Below are positions 1 through 8,068 of a stretch of 64,000 nt of DNA, in pieces. Within the stretch, counting starts at the first letter, position 1. Every line of letters starts with the position of its first letter. The notes below the pieces were generated by a model. That model was given only the letters and a program-made list of their open reading frames with translations. It had not been told where the DNA came from and searched no databases. Made by a program: the position numbers and the translations under genes. Origin of the DNA: a virus (taxonomy: Duplodnaviria > Caudoviricetes); the IMG/VR virus record IMGVR_UViG_3300020414_001694, positions 11,242-75,241 of that record; one strand, given 5' to 3'.

Positions 1-157
1 CAAAGAACTCGGCATTGCTCCAAGTTTGCTCAAGGAAAGGATTTTCCGAGCAGTGGAGTCGTAACTCTTCATAACCTCGCTCGTTGCGAGTCTCCAAGAC
101 TACAAAGAGTCTGCTGAAATCAAAACCTATTGCTCTTACCAAATTACCTTTTTTCAT
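1..157 (-). CDS. Small 'MKxGxLV' SH3-like paralog (truncated by window edge)
   Basis: Not in the ORF track. Manual translation MKKGNLVRAIGFDFSRLFVVLETRN...; GGAG SD and a sigma70-like promoter upstream. Confidence 0.7.
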   Translation of the reverse strand, partial: MKKGNLVRAIGFDFSRLFVVLETRNERGYEELRLHCSENPFLEQTWSNAEFF

Positions 158-182
158 AACCATCTCCTTTGCCTTACTCTTG

Positions 183-212
183 TTTATAACATTATTCGGA
201 TGGATATGTCAA
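183..212 (-). promoter_or_regulatory. sigma70-like promoter
   Basis: TTGACA-N18-TATAAA with extended TGn on minus strand. Confidence 0.6.
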
Positions 213-221
213 GGACTTTAT

Positions 222-389
222 TCATTTATTTTCACTAACTAATTCTAGGTTCTCTTTTAATGCTGATATTATACAACCAGTATCCAACTCAAGTATCTTT
301 ACTCCACTGTTGAATCGCTCAAGAACAATAGCGAAGGTGCCTCCCTTACGACAATACTCTTTTATCCGCACCAAGTCACCTGCCTTCAC
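222..389 (-). CDS. Small SH3-like paralog (VKAGDLVRIK...)
   Basis: GTG start at 389 after GGAGG; GDLV motif, C-terminal LELVSE. Confidence 0.75.
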   Translation of the reverse strand: MKAGDLVRIKEYCRKGGTFAIVLERFNSGVKILELDTGCIISALKENLELVSENK

Positions 390-570
390 TGATAACCTCC
401 AAGTGCTGTGGCTCGATTGGTCTAACCCACTTCTTGTGAAACCAATAAACATTCTTGTAAGTAGAACCATCTTCTGCGGTTGACTCAGTATAGTCTGAAA
501 CGATAATGCCCATCGTATCAGAACTTACTTCCCCTTTCCACTTCCACATTACCAAGTCACCTGCCTTCAT
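376..570 (-). CDS. Small SH3-like paralog (MKAGDLVMW...)
   Basis: GDLV...MGIIV...VYW...LEVISE pattern; GGAGG SD. Confidence 0.8.
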   Translation of the reverse strand: MKAGDLVMWKWKGEVSSDTMGIIVSDYTESTAEDGSTYKNVYWFHKKWVRPIEPQHLEVISEGR

Positions 571-648
571 TTATCCTCCGTACACAACGTAGCCAATTAG
601 ATAGCAAGTTCCATAGAACACTGCAACAGTTAACAAAGTTTCTAGCAC
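571..648 (-). CDS. 25-aa hydrophobic micropeptide
   Basis: GTG start, VLETLLTVAVFYGTCYLIGYVVYGG*; fills the gap exactly, stop abuts next ATG. Confidence 0.5.
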   Translation of the reverse strand: MLETLLTVAVFYGTCYLIGYVVYGG

Positions 649-839
649 CTCACAACCTCGGATGAATGCTCTATCTGTCTACCAAATTCAATTACATCAC
701 CGTTAGAAGCAAGAGCATTCCAAGCATACAACCAAGGATGGTCAGGTGTCAACACTTTTTCTATTAAGATAACTTCTCTATTGATGCCCCAACAATTTGC
801 TGTTGGTTGCGGAAGTCTCACCAAGTCACCGACTTTCAC
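642..839 (-). CDS. Small SH3-like paralog (MKVGDLVRL...)
   Basis: GDLV motif; GTGA overlap with upstream gene. Confidence 0.8.
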   Translation of the reverse strand: MKVGDLVRLPQPTANCWGINREVILIEKVLTPDHPWLYAWNALASNGDVIEFGRQIEHSSEVVRC

Positions 840-1054
840 GCTACTACCTCAATCATCGGAGAAGTGAAAGTTCTCACACGTTGCTCACCATTCCAAGCGA
901 TTTTACAAATAGCGTTTCTCTTGGCATTTTCCGTAACTTCAACAACGACGCCGAGGTTGAGTTCTTTCGCAAGTCTTCTTGACTCACGAGCCATTGAACT
1001 TTCGATGCTTTTCTTGCCTCTCTGAGACAACCTGACTATGCTACCGACTTTCAT
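836..1054 (-). CDS. Small SH3-like paralog (MKVGSIVRL...)
   Basis: LGVVVEV...IAW...IEVVA; ATGA overlap. Confidence 0.8.
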   Translation of the reverse strand: MKVGSIVRLSQRGKKSIESSMARESRRLAKELNLGVVVEVTENAKRNAICKIAWNGEQRVRTFTSPMIEVVA

Positions 1055-1242
1055 GCTACCACCTCAAAGTGTTGTGTTACTCCCATTTTACTATGGGCAA
1101 GTTCTTCGCCATTGCTCCAACGAACATGGACTGAGTAAGGAGTGACCTCAAGAACAACTCCGACACCTCTACCTGCGAAGTCTTCCCAGAACTTTCTCTT
1201 TGACTGCCACTCTGGGACTTTTACTAGATTACCGACCTTCAC
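1051..1242 (-). CDS. Small SH3-like paralog (MKVGNLVKV...)
   Basis: GVGVVLEV...VHVRW...FEVVA. Confidence 0.8.
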   Translation of the reverse strand: MKVGNLVKVPEWQSKRKFWEDFAGRGVGVVLEVTPYSVHVRWSNGEELAHSKMGVTQHFEVVA

Positions 1243-1387
1243 TAACTACCTCCCAATCGCTTGGAGAATGGAACCCAGTGTGCCCCAAGAACTGAAATGC
1301 CAATGGACTAGCAAAAGTTACAAGGTGAACACCCTCGTGTTCAGCAAACTTAGGATTCTTGTGCTTTACCAAGTCACCGACTTTCAT
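1229..1387 (-). CDS. Small SH3-like paralog (MKVGDLVKH...)
   Basis: ATG at 1387 after AGGAG; ends WEVVSEGR. Confidence 0.75.
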   Translation of the reverse strand: MKVGDLVKHKNPKFAEHEGVHLVTFASPLAFQFLGHTGFHSPSDWEVVSEGR

Positions 1388-1499
1388 TATTTCTCCTCTC
1401 CAATGCAGCAGCGAGCAATGCCTCGCAACCTTCTTGCCCGTGCTCTTTCCAAACCTGAAGTAACAAACGAAGTGCTTCACATACTTCTTGATTAGTCAT
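1374..1499 (-). CDS. Hypothetical protein (MTNQEVC...)
   Basis: Starts inside the 33-bp repeated leader; own promoter. Confidence 0.6.
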   Translation of the reverse strand: MTNQEVCEALRLLLQVWKEHGQEGCEALLAAALERRNNESR

Positions 1500-1530
1500 T
1501 TCTTTTCCTTTCTCTCCTAACCACTCTTTG

Positions 1531-1559
1531 ATAGTAGTGAAGAGCGAACACAAAGTCAA
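1531..1559 (-). promoter_or_regulatory. sigma70-like promoter
   Basis: TTGACT-N17-TACTAT. Confidence 0.75.
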
Positions 1560-1562
1560 GAG

Positions 1563-1730
1563 TTATTTCACCCAAGCATGGTAAAAAGTGTTACCTTGAT
1601 TTCTGATGAAACACTCAAGAGAGTTTAAGTTCTTGCGAGTGTAAACTATGTTGCCACATTTAGCAGTGTAGTAACTATTAGTAGGACCGCAGTTACGGAA
1701 GACGATTCTGAAGTTTTTTTTGTTAGTCAT
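1563..1730 (-). CDS. Hypothetical protein (MTNKKNF...)
   Basis: Starts in the second repeat copy. Confidence 0.6.
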   Translation of the reverse strand: MTNKKNFRIVFRNCGPTNSYYTAKCGNIVYTRKNLNSLECFIRNQGNTFYHAWVK

Positions 1731-1761
1731 TTCTTTTCCTTTCTCTCCTAACCACATAATA

Positions 1762-1790
1762 AAGATAACAAAGAGAAAGGCAGAAGTCAA
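1762..1790 (-). promoter_or_regulatory. sigma70-like promoter
   Basis: TTGACT-N17-TATCTT. Confidence 0.6.
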
Positions 1791-1896
1791 ACAAAAAGCG
1801 ACAAGATATGTAAAATAGTTATAAACATGACGCCAGCAGAGAATATCCCAACACCTAACTCTGCTTTCCTTATTGCTTCTTTAAATTCTTTATTCT

Positions 1897-2457
1897 TCAT
1901 TGCTTCCCCATTACTGAGTGTTTATAACAAACTGGTTGATAAGACTCTGCTCCACCAACCAAGACTTTCTTTTCTTCTTTCGCCAACCTTTCCGTATAGA
2001 AAGCATCGGCACCACATTTGTAACATACTGCTGGGCAGATGTCAATACTTGTTGCCCAAGGCATTATCTTTGTCATCTCTTGAAATGGTTCGTATCCTTT
2101 TGGTAGGAACTCCGAGGTAGAAGAAAGTTGCAGCGAAGACACTAGAACTGTTTTACCTTGTTGAAATAATTTTATTAAAGCATCTGCTGAATTCTCAATC
2201 ATAAAGAGTTCATCAACACCAACAACGTCAAAATCTCTGGACAGATTGTAGATTTCGAAACCTTTCTCAACCAAAGCACACTTGTGCTCTTGTCCCTTGT
2301 GAGTTACGACTGTCTCTTCTGAGTATCTCTTATCCATTCTTGGTTTGAATAAAATAGTCTTCTTGTTTTGATACTGGTACCTCTCCAACGCTGCGAGCAT
2401 TCTTGTTGTCTTGCCTCCGAACATTGGTCCAGTAAAAACTTTGAGTTGTGGATTCAC
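1897..2457 (-). CDS. tdk: Thymidine kinase
   Basis: GPMFGGKTT P-loop, DE Walker B, C-terminal Zn Cys motifs (CYKC, PVCYKH). Confidence 0.95.
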   Translation of the reverse strand: MNPQLKVFTGPMFGGKTTRMLAALERYQYQNKKTILFKPRMDKRYSEETVVTHKGQEHKCALVEKGFEIYNLSRDFDVVGVDELFMIENSADALIKLFQQGKTVLVSSLQLSSTSEFLPKGYEPFQEMTKIMPWATSIDICPAVCYKCGADAFYTERLAKEEKKVLVGGAESYQPVCYKHSVMGKQ

Positions 2458-2687
2458 CCCTCCTCCCTTTCTTGTAATGCGATAAGTCTGTCGATGTAGA
2501 ACCTTGCCTTCTTTAAATCTTCCAATGGTTTGCCTTTGAGTTTATGTCTCGTAACGTACTTTACCACGTTACCTTCGTTAAAGTCAAGACTCCAAGACTC
2601 AATAAAATCAATTACTTCCACTCCCTTGTTGTAGTGCTCGGGATGGAACACCATCTCTTTTTTCTTTGGCATGTTTCCTCTATTCAA
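2454..2687 (-). CDS. DUF3310-like phage protein
   Basis: HPEHYNKG-EVID...GNVVKYVTR...EDLKKARFY. Confidence 0.85.
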   Translation of the reverse strand: MNRGNMPKKKEMVFHPEHYNKGVEVIDFIESWSLDFNEGNVVKYVTRHKLKGKPLEDLKKARFYIDRLIALQEREEG

Positions 2688-4515
2688 CTGTTACTGATTT
2701 AGCAAGATTCCTCGGTTTATCAACATCCTTATTTCTAATCCTCGCTATCTTATGTGAGAATATTTGAAGAGGGATTGTTGTCAACAACGGGGTTAACTCT
2801 GGTTTTGTCTTAGGTACTATAATAACAGCATCTGCTGCTTCTGTTAAGTTTTTATCTTCTTTATCTGTAATTGCAATGACTTTGCCTGACCTTGCCTTTA
2901 TCTCTTGTAAGTTTGAAATGGTCTTTTCATAAGAGTCGTCGTGTGGCATTACAAAGACAGAAGGGCAAGACTCATCAATAAGAGCGATGGGTCCATGCTT
3001 CATTTCACCAGCAGGATAACCTTCTGCGTGAACATAACTTATTTCTTTTAATTTAAGAGCACCTTCGAGAGCAACTGGGAAACTTACTCCTCTTCCAAGA
3101 AAAAGAAAATCGTCATAGTTCGAATAGATACTTGCTACTGATTCAATTACTCCTGAGTCGTCTAGTATTTCCTGAACTTGGTCTGGTATTATTGCTAGTG
3201 CGTCTTTAAGGTCCATCAGTTTCTCGTCGTCAATATGCCCGAGGCGATGGGACAACTTTATAGCAAGCATGGTAATTGCTGCAACCTGTCCAGTGAATGC
3301 CTTTGTGGATGCTACGCCAATCTCTGTGCCAGAGTGTGTATAAATTCCTGCATCTGATAGTCTGGCAATTGAAGAACCTACAACATTGACGATGCCGATG
3401 ATGAGTGCTCCCTTTCGTTTTGCTAGTTCCAGTGCTGCTTTCGTGTCTGCTGTTTCCCCTGACTGAGTTATACCTATAACTACATCGTCATTGGCAATGA
3501 TAGGTTTCCTGTATCTATACTCTGATGCATAGTCAACCTCGACTGGTATTCTGGTGAGAGATTCTATAAGATACTTGCCAATAAGAGCAGAGTGCCAAGA
3601 TGTTCCGCAAGATACAATGGTAATTTTCTTTGCTCTAAGGAGTCTCGGCATAACATCTTCAATGCCACCAAGAGCAATCTCTGGTCCTGCTGCTGCCAAT
3701 CTACCTCGCAAGCAGTCTGCAATAGTCTCTGGTTGCTCGTTAATCTCCTTCATCATGAAAGATTCAAAACCTTTTTTCTCAACTGCCTGCAAGTCAAGGA
3801 GAAGTTTCTCTGGAAAGAATCCAGTCTCCCTGTTATCTATATCTTTTACTTGGAGTTTATCACGAGTAACGATAGCAATCTGGTCGTCTTCTAAGTAAAT
3901 AACCTCTTTTGCTCTACCAATAATTGGAGTTGCGTCAGAACCAATAATGAAACTACCGTCACCAATTCCAACTGCGAGTGGCGAAGACTTCTTCGCACAG
4001 ACTATCATCTCTGCATTAGGTTCAACGACACAAATCGCATAGGCACCGTGAACATATTTAAGTGCCTCGTGGACTGCATCTTCTAAACTCGAATTGTTTT
4101 TTAGTTTTGTGTACTCTATCCAGTTCGCAAGAACTTCAGTATCCGTTTCTGAACGAAAGAAATATCCATCGTCCATTAAAAGTTCCTTCAAGTGCTTGTA
4201 GTTCTCGATGATTCCATTGTGAACTATGGCAAGTTCACCTTTGAGTGACATGTGTGGGTGGGCATTCTCTTCCGAAGGTTTACCATGAGTTGCCCATCGT
4301 GTGTGTCCGATTGCCAAATCTTGTGGCGCAATGTTAGAAGACTTCTTATCAAGTCCCGAGACTGCACCTTTTGCTCGGACAACTTTTATTTCTTTGTCTT
4401 CGATGTAAGCAAGTCCCGCTGAGTCGTAACCTCTGTACTCTAACCTGTAAAGTCCCTCGATGACAACCTTTTCTGCTTTCTTTTCCTTACCAATATATCC
4501 AACTATACCACACAT
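2680..4515 (-). CDS. glmS: Glutamine--fructose-6-phosphate aminotransferase
   Basis: MCGIVG, GHTRWATHG, SQSGETADT-like, KHGP, PRNLAKSVTVE. Confidence 0.98.
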   Translation of the reverse strand: MCGIVGYIGKEKKAEKVVIEGLYRLEYRGYDSAGLAYIEDKEIKVVRAKGAVSGLDKKSSNIAPQDLAIGHTRWATHGKPSEENAHPHMSLKGELAIVHNGIIENYKHLKELLMDDGYFFRSETDTEVLANWIEYTKLKNNSSLEDAVHEALKYVHGAYAICVVEPNAEMIVCAKKSSPLAVGIGDGSFIIGSDATPIIGRAKEVIYLEDDQIAIVTRDKLQVKDIDNRETGFFPEKLLLDLQAVEKKGFESFMMKEINEQPETIADCLRGRLAAAGPEIALGGIEDVMPRLLRAKKITIVSCGTSWHSALIGKYLIESLTRIPVEVDYASEYRYRKPIIANDDVVIGITQSGETADTKAALELAKRKGALIIGIVNVVGSSIARLSDAGIYTHSGTEIGVASTKAFTGQVAAITMLAIKLSHRLGHIDDEKLMDLKDALAIIPDQVQEILDDSGVIESVASIYSNYDDFLFLGRGVSFPVALEGALKLKEISYVHAEGYPAGEMKHGPIALIDESCPSVFVMPHDDSYEKTISNLQEIKARSGKVIAITDKEDKNLTEAADAVIIVPKTKPELTPLLTTIPLQIFSHKIARIRNKDVDKPRNLAKSVTVE

Positions 4516-4548
4516 ATAAAACCCTCCGTATGATGTAATTAGATAAGT

Positions 4549-4671
4549 TTACTTGTATTTTCCAAGTTCTTTCGCTATTTCGCTGGCAAGAATCCAGCGT
4601 GCCGCTTCGGAAGATAAATTAAGTTGAGCGTCTTTGTGTTTCTCTAAAATTGCTTGAATAATCTCAGTCAT
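4549..4671 (-). CDS. Hypothetical 40-aa protein
   Basis: Manual ORF MTEIIQAILEKHK...GKYK*. Confidence 0.5.
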   Translation of the reverse strand: MTEIIQAILEKHKDAQLNLSSEAARWILASEIAKELGKYK

Positions 4672-4861
4672 CTTTCTCCATCTTTCTCATCATCTCTTCT
4701 AATCTTGCTTCGATTGTTTTTTCCTGACTGCCTTTGTTTTTGTGCATCTTTTCTTCAACTTCTCTCAGTTCATTATATGCTATGCCAAGCATGACAACGC
4801 ACAAAGCAAGAAGCGAAAAGAGAACCAAACCCAGTCTATTTAAAAAGTCAATCGCTTTCAT
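4664..4861 (-). CDS. Small membrane protein with coiled coil
   Basis: One TM segment followed by a charged helix. Confidence 0.6.
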   Translation of the reverse strand: MKAIDFLNRLGLVLFSLLALCVVMLGIAYNELREVEEKMHKNKGSQEKTIEARLEEMMRKMEKDD

Positions 4862-5150
4862 ACTCTTTTCTCAAAACTTTCTCATAGTTTTCACTAAGAA
4901 GTGCAGAAGATAAAGTCATGACATCTTGATATCTTTTCAACTCTTCGATAGGGTTGAGCATCAGCAGGTCATCGTGTCTTACCCATTCCGTCCTGTCTGA
5001 AACTGGCAAAGGGTTTTCGCCTGAATTAATCCACTGAACTTCAAGATACTTCCATCCGTTACTTCTCAACTCGGTGTCGGTCACTGCGCCGATTTCATAA
5101 CGTGCGTGTCCACAAGAATTCTTTCTTGCCACAACCTGTCCTCGTTTCAT
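4848..5150 (-). CDS. SH3-like hypothetical protein (MKRGQVV...)
   Basis: IGAV...LEVQW...DDLLML pattern. Confidence 0.6.
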   Translation of the reverse strand: MKRGQVVARKNSCGHARYEIGAVTDTELRSNGWKYLEVQWINSGENPLPVSDRTEWVRHDDLLMLNPIEELKRYQDVMTLSSALLSENYEKVLRKEYESD

Positions 5151-5365
5151 TACGATTCCTTTTCTGTTAATTTAACTAAATCTGATTCTTTTAGGAAGGC
5201 GGTCCAAGTGCCAAATCTTACAACATACTTTCTTTCTCTCACCTCTACAACAATTCCGTGCCCTTTGAGGCAATGGTCTTCTTCTTTCTCTTCCAAGTGT
5301 TTCCACTCTTCCGTCTCGTTGTTGATTCGAACTAAGTCGCCTTTTTCTAATTTGCTATCGCTCAT
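5150..5365 (-). CDS. Small SH3-like paralog (KGDLVRI...)
   Basis: GDLV, HGIVVEV, SDLVKL. Confidence 0.75.
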   Translation of the reverse strand: MSDSKLEKGDLVRINNETEEWKHLEEKEEDHCLKGHGIVVEVRERKYVVRFGTWTAFLKESDLVKLTEKES

Positions 5366-5367
5366 GA

Positions 5368-5535
5368 TTATAAATAGTTTTTTCTTAATTTGAGGATTAC
5401 TTTATCTCGCTTTTTGGCAAGTTTATATATCTCCTCATCTATGGTCGCCTTCTCCCTAGTAAGATTCACTATCTTCAAATTCAACCTTGATATCTTCATA
5501 GAAAGTTTTTCTTTTTCTTCTTCTTTTTCTTGTGC
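5368..5535 (-). CDS. Short coiled-coil protein
   Basis: MAQEKEEE...; heptad-like; start approximate. Confidence 0.45.
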   Translation of the reverse strand, partial: AQEKEEEKEKLSMKISRLNLKIVNLTREKATIDEEIYKLAKKRDKVILKLRKNYL

Positions 5536-5755
5536 CATAATGCACCTCCAATAAACCGCTGTCGATACTTTCATACACCTTCTGCTTTGATGCCCTGTCT
5601 TCTGTTATTTGAAAAACTGGATTATCTCCCATAGTGGAGGACATTAGATAGAAGTGAAAGTAATGCCTTGTTGACTTCACTATCAAACCAAGTGCCGTGT
5701 TCTTCGAATTATGTAGCAAGTCTCCAACTCGGAGGTGATACTTTCCTTCCGTCAT
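5456..5755 (-). CDS. SH3-like hypothetical protein (LRVGDLL...)
   Basis: GDLL...LGLIV motif. Confidence 0.6.
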   Translation of the reverse strand: MTEGKYHLRVGDLLHNSKNTALGLIVKSTRHYFHFYLMSSTMGDNPVFQITEDRASKQKVYESIDSGLLEVHYGTRKRRRKRKTFYEDIKVEFEDSESY

Positions 5756-5758
5756 CCA

Positions 5759-6244
5759 TCAAAACTCCAAACTCTTTATGTGATAGTCCTCAACACTCAT
5801 AAGTGTAAGAGAGTCTGGGTGATAGACAACTGCTTCAAGAAACAAGACCTCCGTGACAATACCCATCAGTCTGGCAAGTTCTTGCTTCTCATGATTAATG
5901 TCTCTTATCTGAAACTCTGCTTTCTTTAGGACAACCTTCTCCCCTCCAATAAGGGTTGCTCTGATGTTCCCCATTGCTGCAATGCGTGAGTTGAAAGCAA
6001 GTTTTTGTCTTATCATTGCTTCCTTTGTTGTCCCTTTCCAGTGACTAAAAGGTTTTTGAAAATCTGAATAGTCCATCCAGTTTATGACTGTGTGCTTGTG
6101 CTCCTTCACCATCTCTCCTATAACGCCCATCGTCTGAACTATATCGAACTCGATAGTCTCCATAGCAGTGAAAACATCTAGTGGTTCAGAATATACTGTG
6201 CGAACCACCTGTGGTAACTCAAATTTTAAAATATTAGAAGACAT
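5759..6244 (-). CDS. Hypothetical protein
   Basis: 161-aa ORF in operon tiling. Confidence 0.7.
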   Translation of the reverse strand: MSSNILKFELPQVVRTVYSEPLDVFTAMETIEFDIVQTMGVIGEMVKEHKHTVINWMDYSDFQKPFSHWKGTTKEAMIRQKLAFNSRIAAMGNIRATLIGGEKVVLKKAEFQIRDINHEKQELARLMGIVTEVLFLEAVVYHPDSLTLMSVEDYHIKSLEF

Positions 6245-6841
6245 TTAATCCTCGTACTCATCGTCGGTTGGATAGTATCCACTATCACAGTTTTCATAAA
6301 GTCCATCGTTCGGGTCGTCATCGTCAGCACCGAACCACTCATCGAGAACCTGAGAGAAAGGGTCGGAACTCGAAGTTGCTGACCGAATTGGTGGCGAGTT
6401 CGATACCTTTACACTTTTGTTTGTCGATGTCCTTACTGGTGGTGGTGGAATGATAGGTGCCATTGGTTGAGTAACCCTTTCATCCCTATCTTTATTGTTT
6501 TTCTTTAGTTTCTCTTTTACTGAATCTGTTGCACTCTTGTTTCTCTTCCTTCTCCACTTTTCATCAAAGTTGTCGATAACCAGACTAGGATAAACGATTG
6601 GAATATGAGAGTTTCCAGCGTGATATACTCTCACTTTTTTACCATCATCGAGAGTAAGTGTCGGGTCGCAATCTCTATAGTCAGAGTGGGCAACGAGACC
6701 TGCTGCTGTCAGTTCCAGACTCTTTGTAGTAGGATATCCAGATGAAGTTAGACCAGGAACTCTTATGCTGAACAAACCAGTGGGACCAGGAGTGATAATC
6801 ATTCTTTTTCCATCCTTGTAAAAAGAAATGTGTTTAATCAC
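6245..6841 (-). CDS. Hypothetical protein with Pro/Ser-rich linker and acidic tail
   Basis: 198-aa ORF in operon tiling. Confidence 0.7.
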   Translation of the reverse strand: MIKHISFYKDGKRMIITPGPTGLFSIRVPGLTSSGYPTTKSLELTAAGLVAHSDYRDCDPTLTLDDGKKVRVYHAGNSHIPIVYPSLVIDNFDEKWRRKRNKSATDSVKEKLKKNNKDRDERVTQPMAPIIPPPPVRTSTNKSVKVSNSPPIRSATSSSDPFSQVLDEWFGADDDDPNDGLYENCDSGYYPTDDEYED

Positions 6842-7076
6842 GATTCTCGTACCTCTCTCTTGCTAACTCCTTTGCGAGACAATAAGCAGCAAAGGGCATC
6901 ATCATTGCTGAACCGATGACGAGAGGAACCGCAATAATAAACGTATCCAAACAAATGAGTGTTCTTTTCATAAACTCTTTCTTTCTCCTCTCTTTCTAAT
7001 AAATAGATAATATCAAAAAGAGAGGAAGAAAGCAAGAGAAAGGAGCAGGGAAAATGAAAAAAACCCTACAAAAAAT

Positions 7077-7169
7077 TGGCAGTGGGAGAGGGATTCGAAC
7101 CCCCGTGACGCTACAAACGCCAAACGGTTTTCAAGACCGTCGCAATCAGCCAGACTCTGCCATCCCACT
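7077..7169 (-). tRNA. tRNA-Ser(UGA)
   Basis: AGTGGGA/TCCCACT acceptor stem, acggt-CT-TGA-AA-accgt anticodon arm, long variable arm, GGTTCGAATCC, encoded CCA. Confidence 0.95.
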
Positions 7170-7226
7170 ACAAAAACAACTCTCGGTTGCTGTTAATAAT
7201 TAGTTCTTTACCTGTTTCTTTTTGAA

Positions 7227-7550
7227 TTAGATTCCAAAACTTTCGCCACATCCGCAGGTTCTTTTCGCTGTCGGATTTTCAAATTTAAAACCTGATTGTC
7301 CCAATTCATTTCTGTAATCTATCTGAGTTCCCATAAGGTAGAGAAGTGATTTTCTGTCTATCACTATCTTTACACCGTGACTCTCCAACTCCCTATCCTC
7401 ATCTTTCACTTCATAGGCGTATTTAAGTTGATAAGTAAACCCCGAGCATCCACCGCCCTGGACACCAACACGTACACCAATTGGTCTAGGGTCCATGTTC
7501 GAAAAGAAGTTTTTCAAAGCATCTGCTGCTGCTTCAGTCAAGGTTATCAT
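7227..7550 (-). CDS. iscA: A-type Fe-S carrier (IscA/HesB family)
   Basis: GGGCSGFTY and CGCGESF motifs. Confidence 0.95.
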   Translation of the reverse strand: MITLTEAAADALKNFFSNMDPRPIGVRVGVQGGGCSGFTYQLKYAYEVKDEDRELESHGVKIVIDRKSLLYLMGTQIDYRNELGQSGFKFENPTAKRTCGCGESFGI

Positions 7551-8055
7551 CGTCAGTCACCTTGTTGTAAAACCTGAAATCATCGAAGAATTTATCTTGT
7601 GCTGTTAGTTTTATTTCTTCTGCCAGTCTAAGAATAGACTTAGAATACCTTCTTTTGACTGCCCTGGATGTTCTAGAATTCGGTTTGTTGATACAAACAT
7701 TACCAGCATTGTATCCGCACAGTGCTCTCTCCATGTCGCCTTTCGCCCTCGCCAACCAGTATTGCAAGGCAACCGTGCCCGCCTTAATGGATGTCTTGGG
7801 TCTCTTTAGTTGTTCGCAAGTGTAGTCGGAATACTGAGGTAACACTTGGGTAAGACCACAAGCACCTGCACGACTGACTGCACGAGGGCGAAAGGCACTT
7901 TCGTGAAAGATAAGAGATGAAAATACAACAGGGTCTATCCCCCTCTTTTCGGACTCTTCAACTATGTTGGGCATGACTTCGCAGACTGTTCTACTCTGAA
8001 CACTGGGCATCCCAAGGGTTGCTACAACCGCTATGCATAATTGTGTTGCAAACAT
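7534..8055 (-). CDS. Lytic transglycosylase (SLT) with N-terminal hydrophobic segment
   Basis: LIFHES, GLTQV, YNAG motifs. Confidence 0.85.
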   Translation of the reverse strand: MFATQLCIAVVATLGMPSVQSRTVCEVMPNIVEESEKRGIDPVVFSSLIFHESAFRPRAVSRAGACGLTQVLPQYSDYTCEQLKRPKTSIKAGTVALQYWLARAKGDMERALCGYNAGNVCINKPNSRTSRAVKRRYSKSILRLAEEIKLTAQDKFFDDFRFYNKVTDDDNLD

Positions 8056-8068
8056 CTCTTTCTCTCAC

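Larger units (their letters stand above)
1492..1755. repeat. 33-bp exact direct repeat (1492-1524 and 1723-1755): leader, RBS and start
   Basis: ttagtcatttcttttcctttctctcctaaccac occurs twice. Confidence 0.95.

Noticed and set aside
1-1800. CRISPR array, integron attC array or DGR as the explanation of the repeats
   Set aside because: The repeats are coding junctions with irregular spacing and no palindromic attC structure; no cas, integrase, reverse transcriptase or TR/VR pair is seen
4516-4660. glmS ribozyme upstream of glmS
   Set aside because: The leader is only about 30 nt and the rest is a small ORF; no ribozyme core is visible
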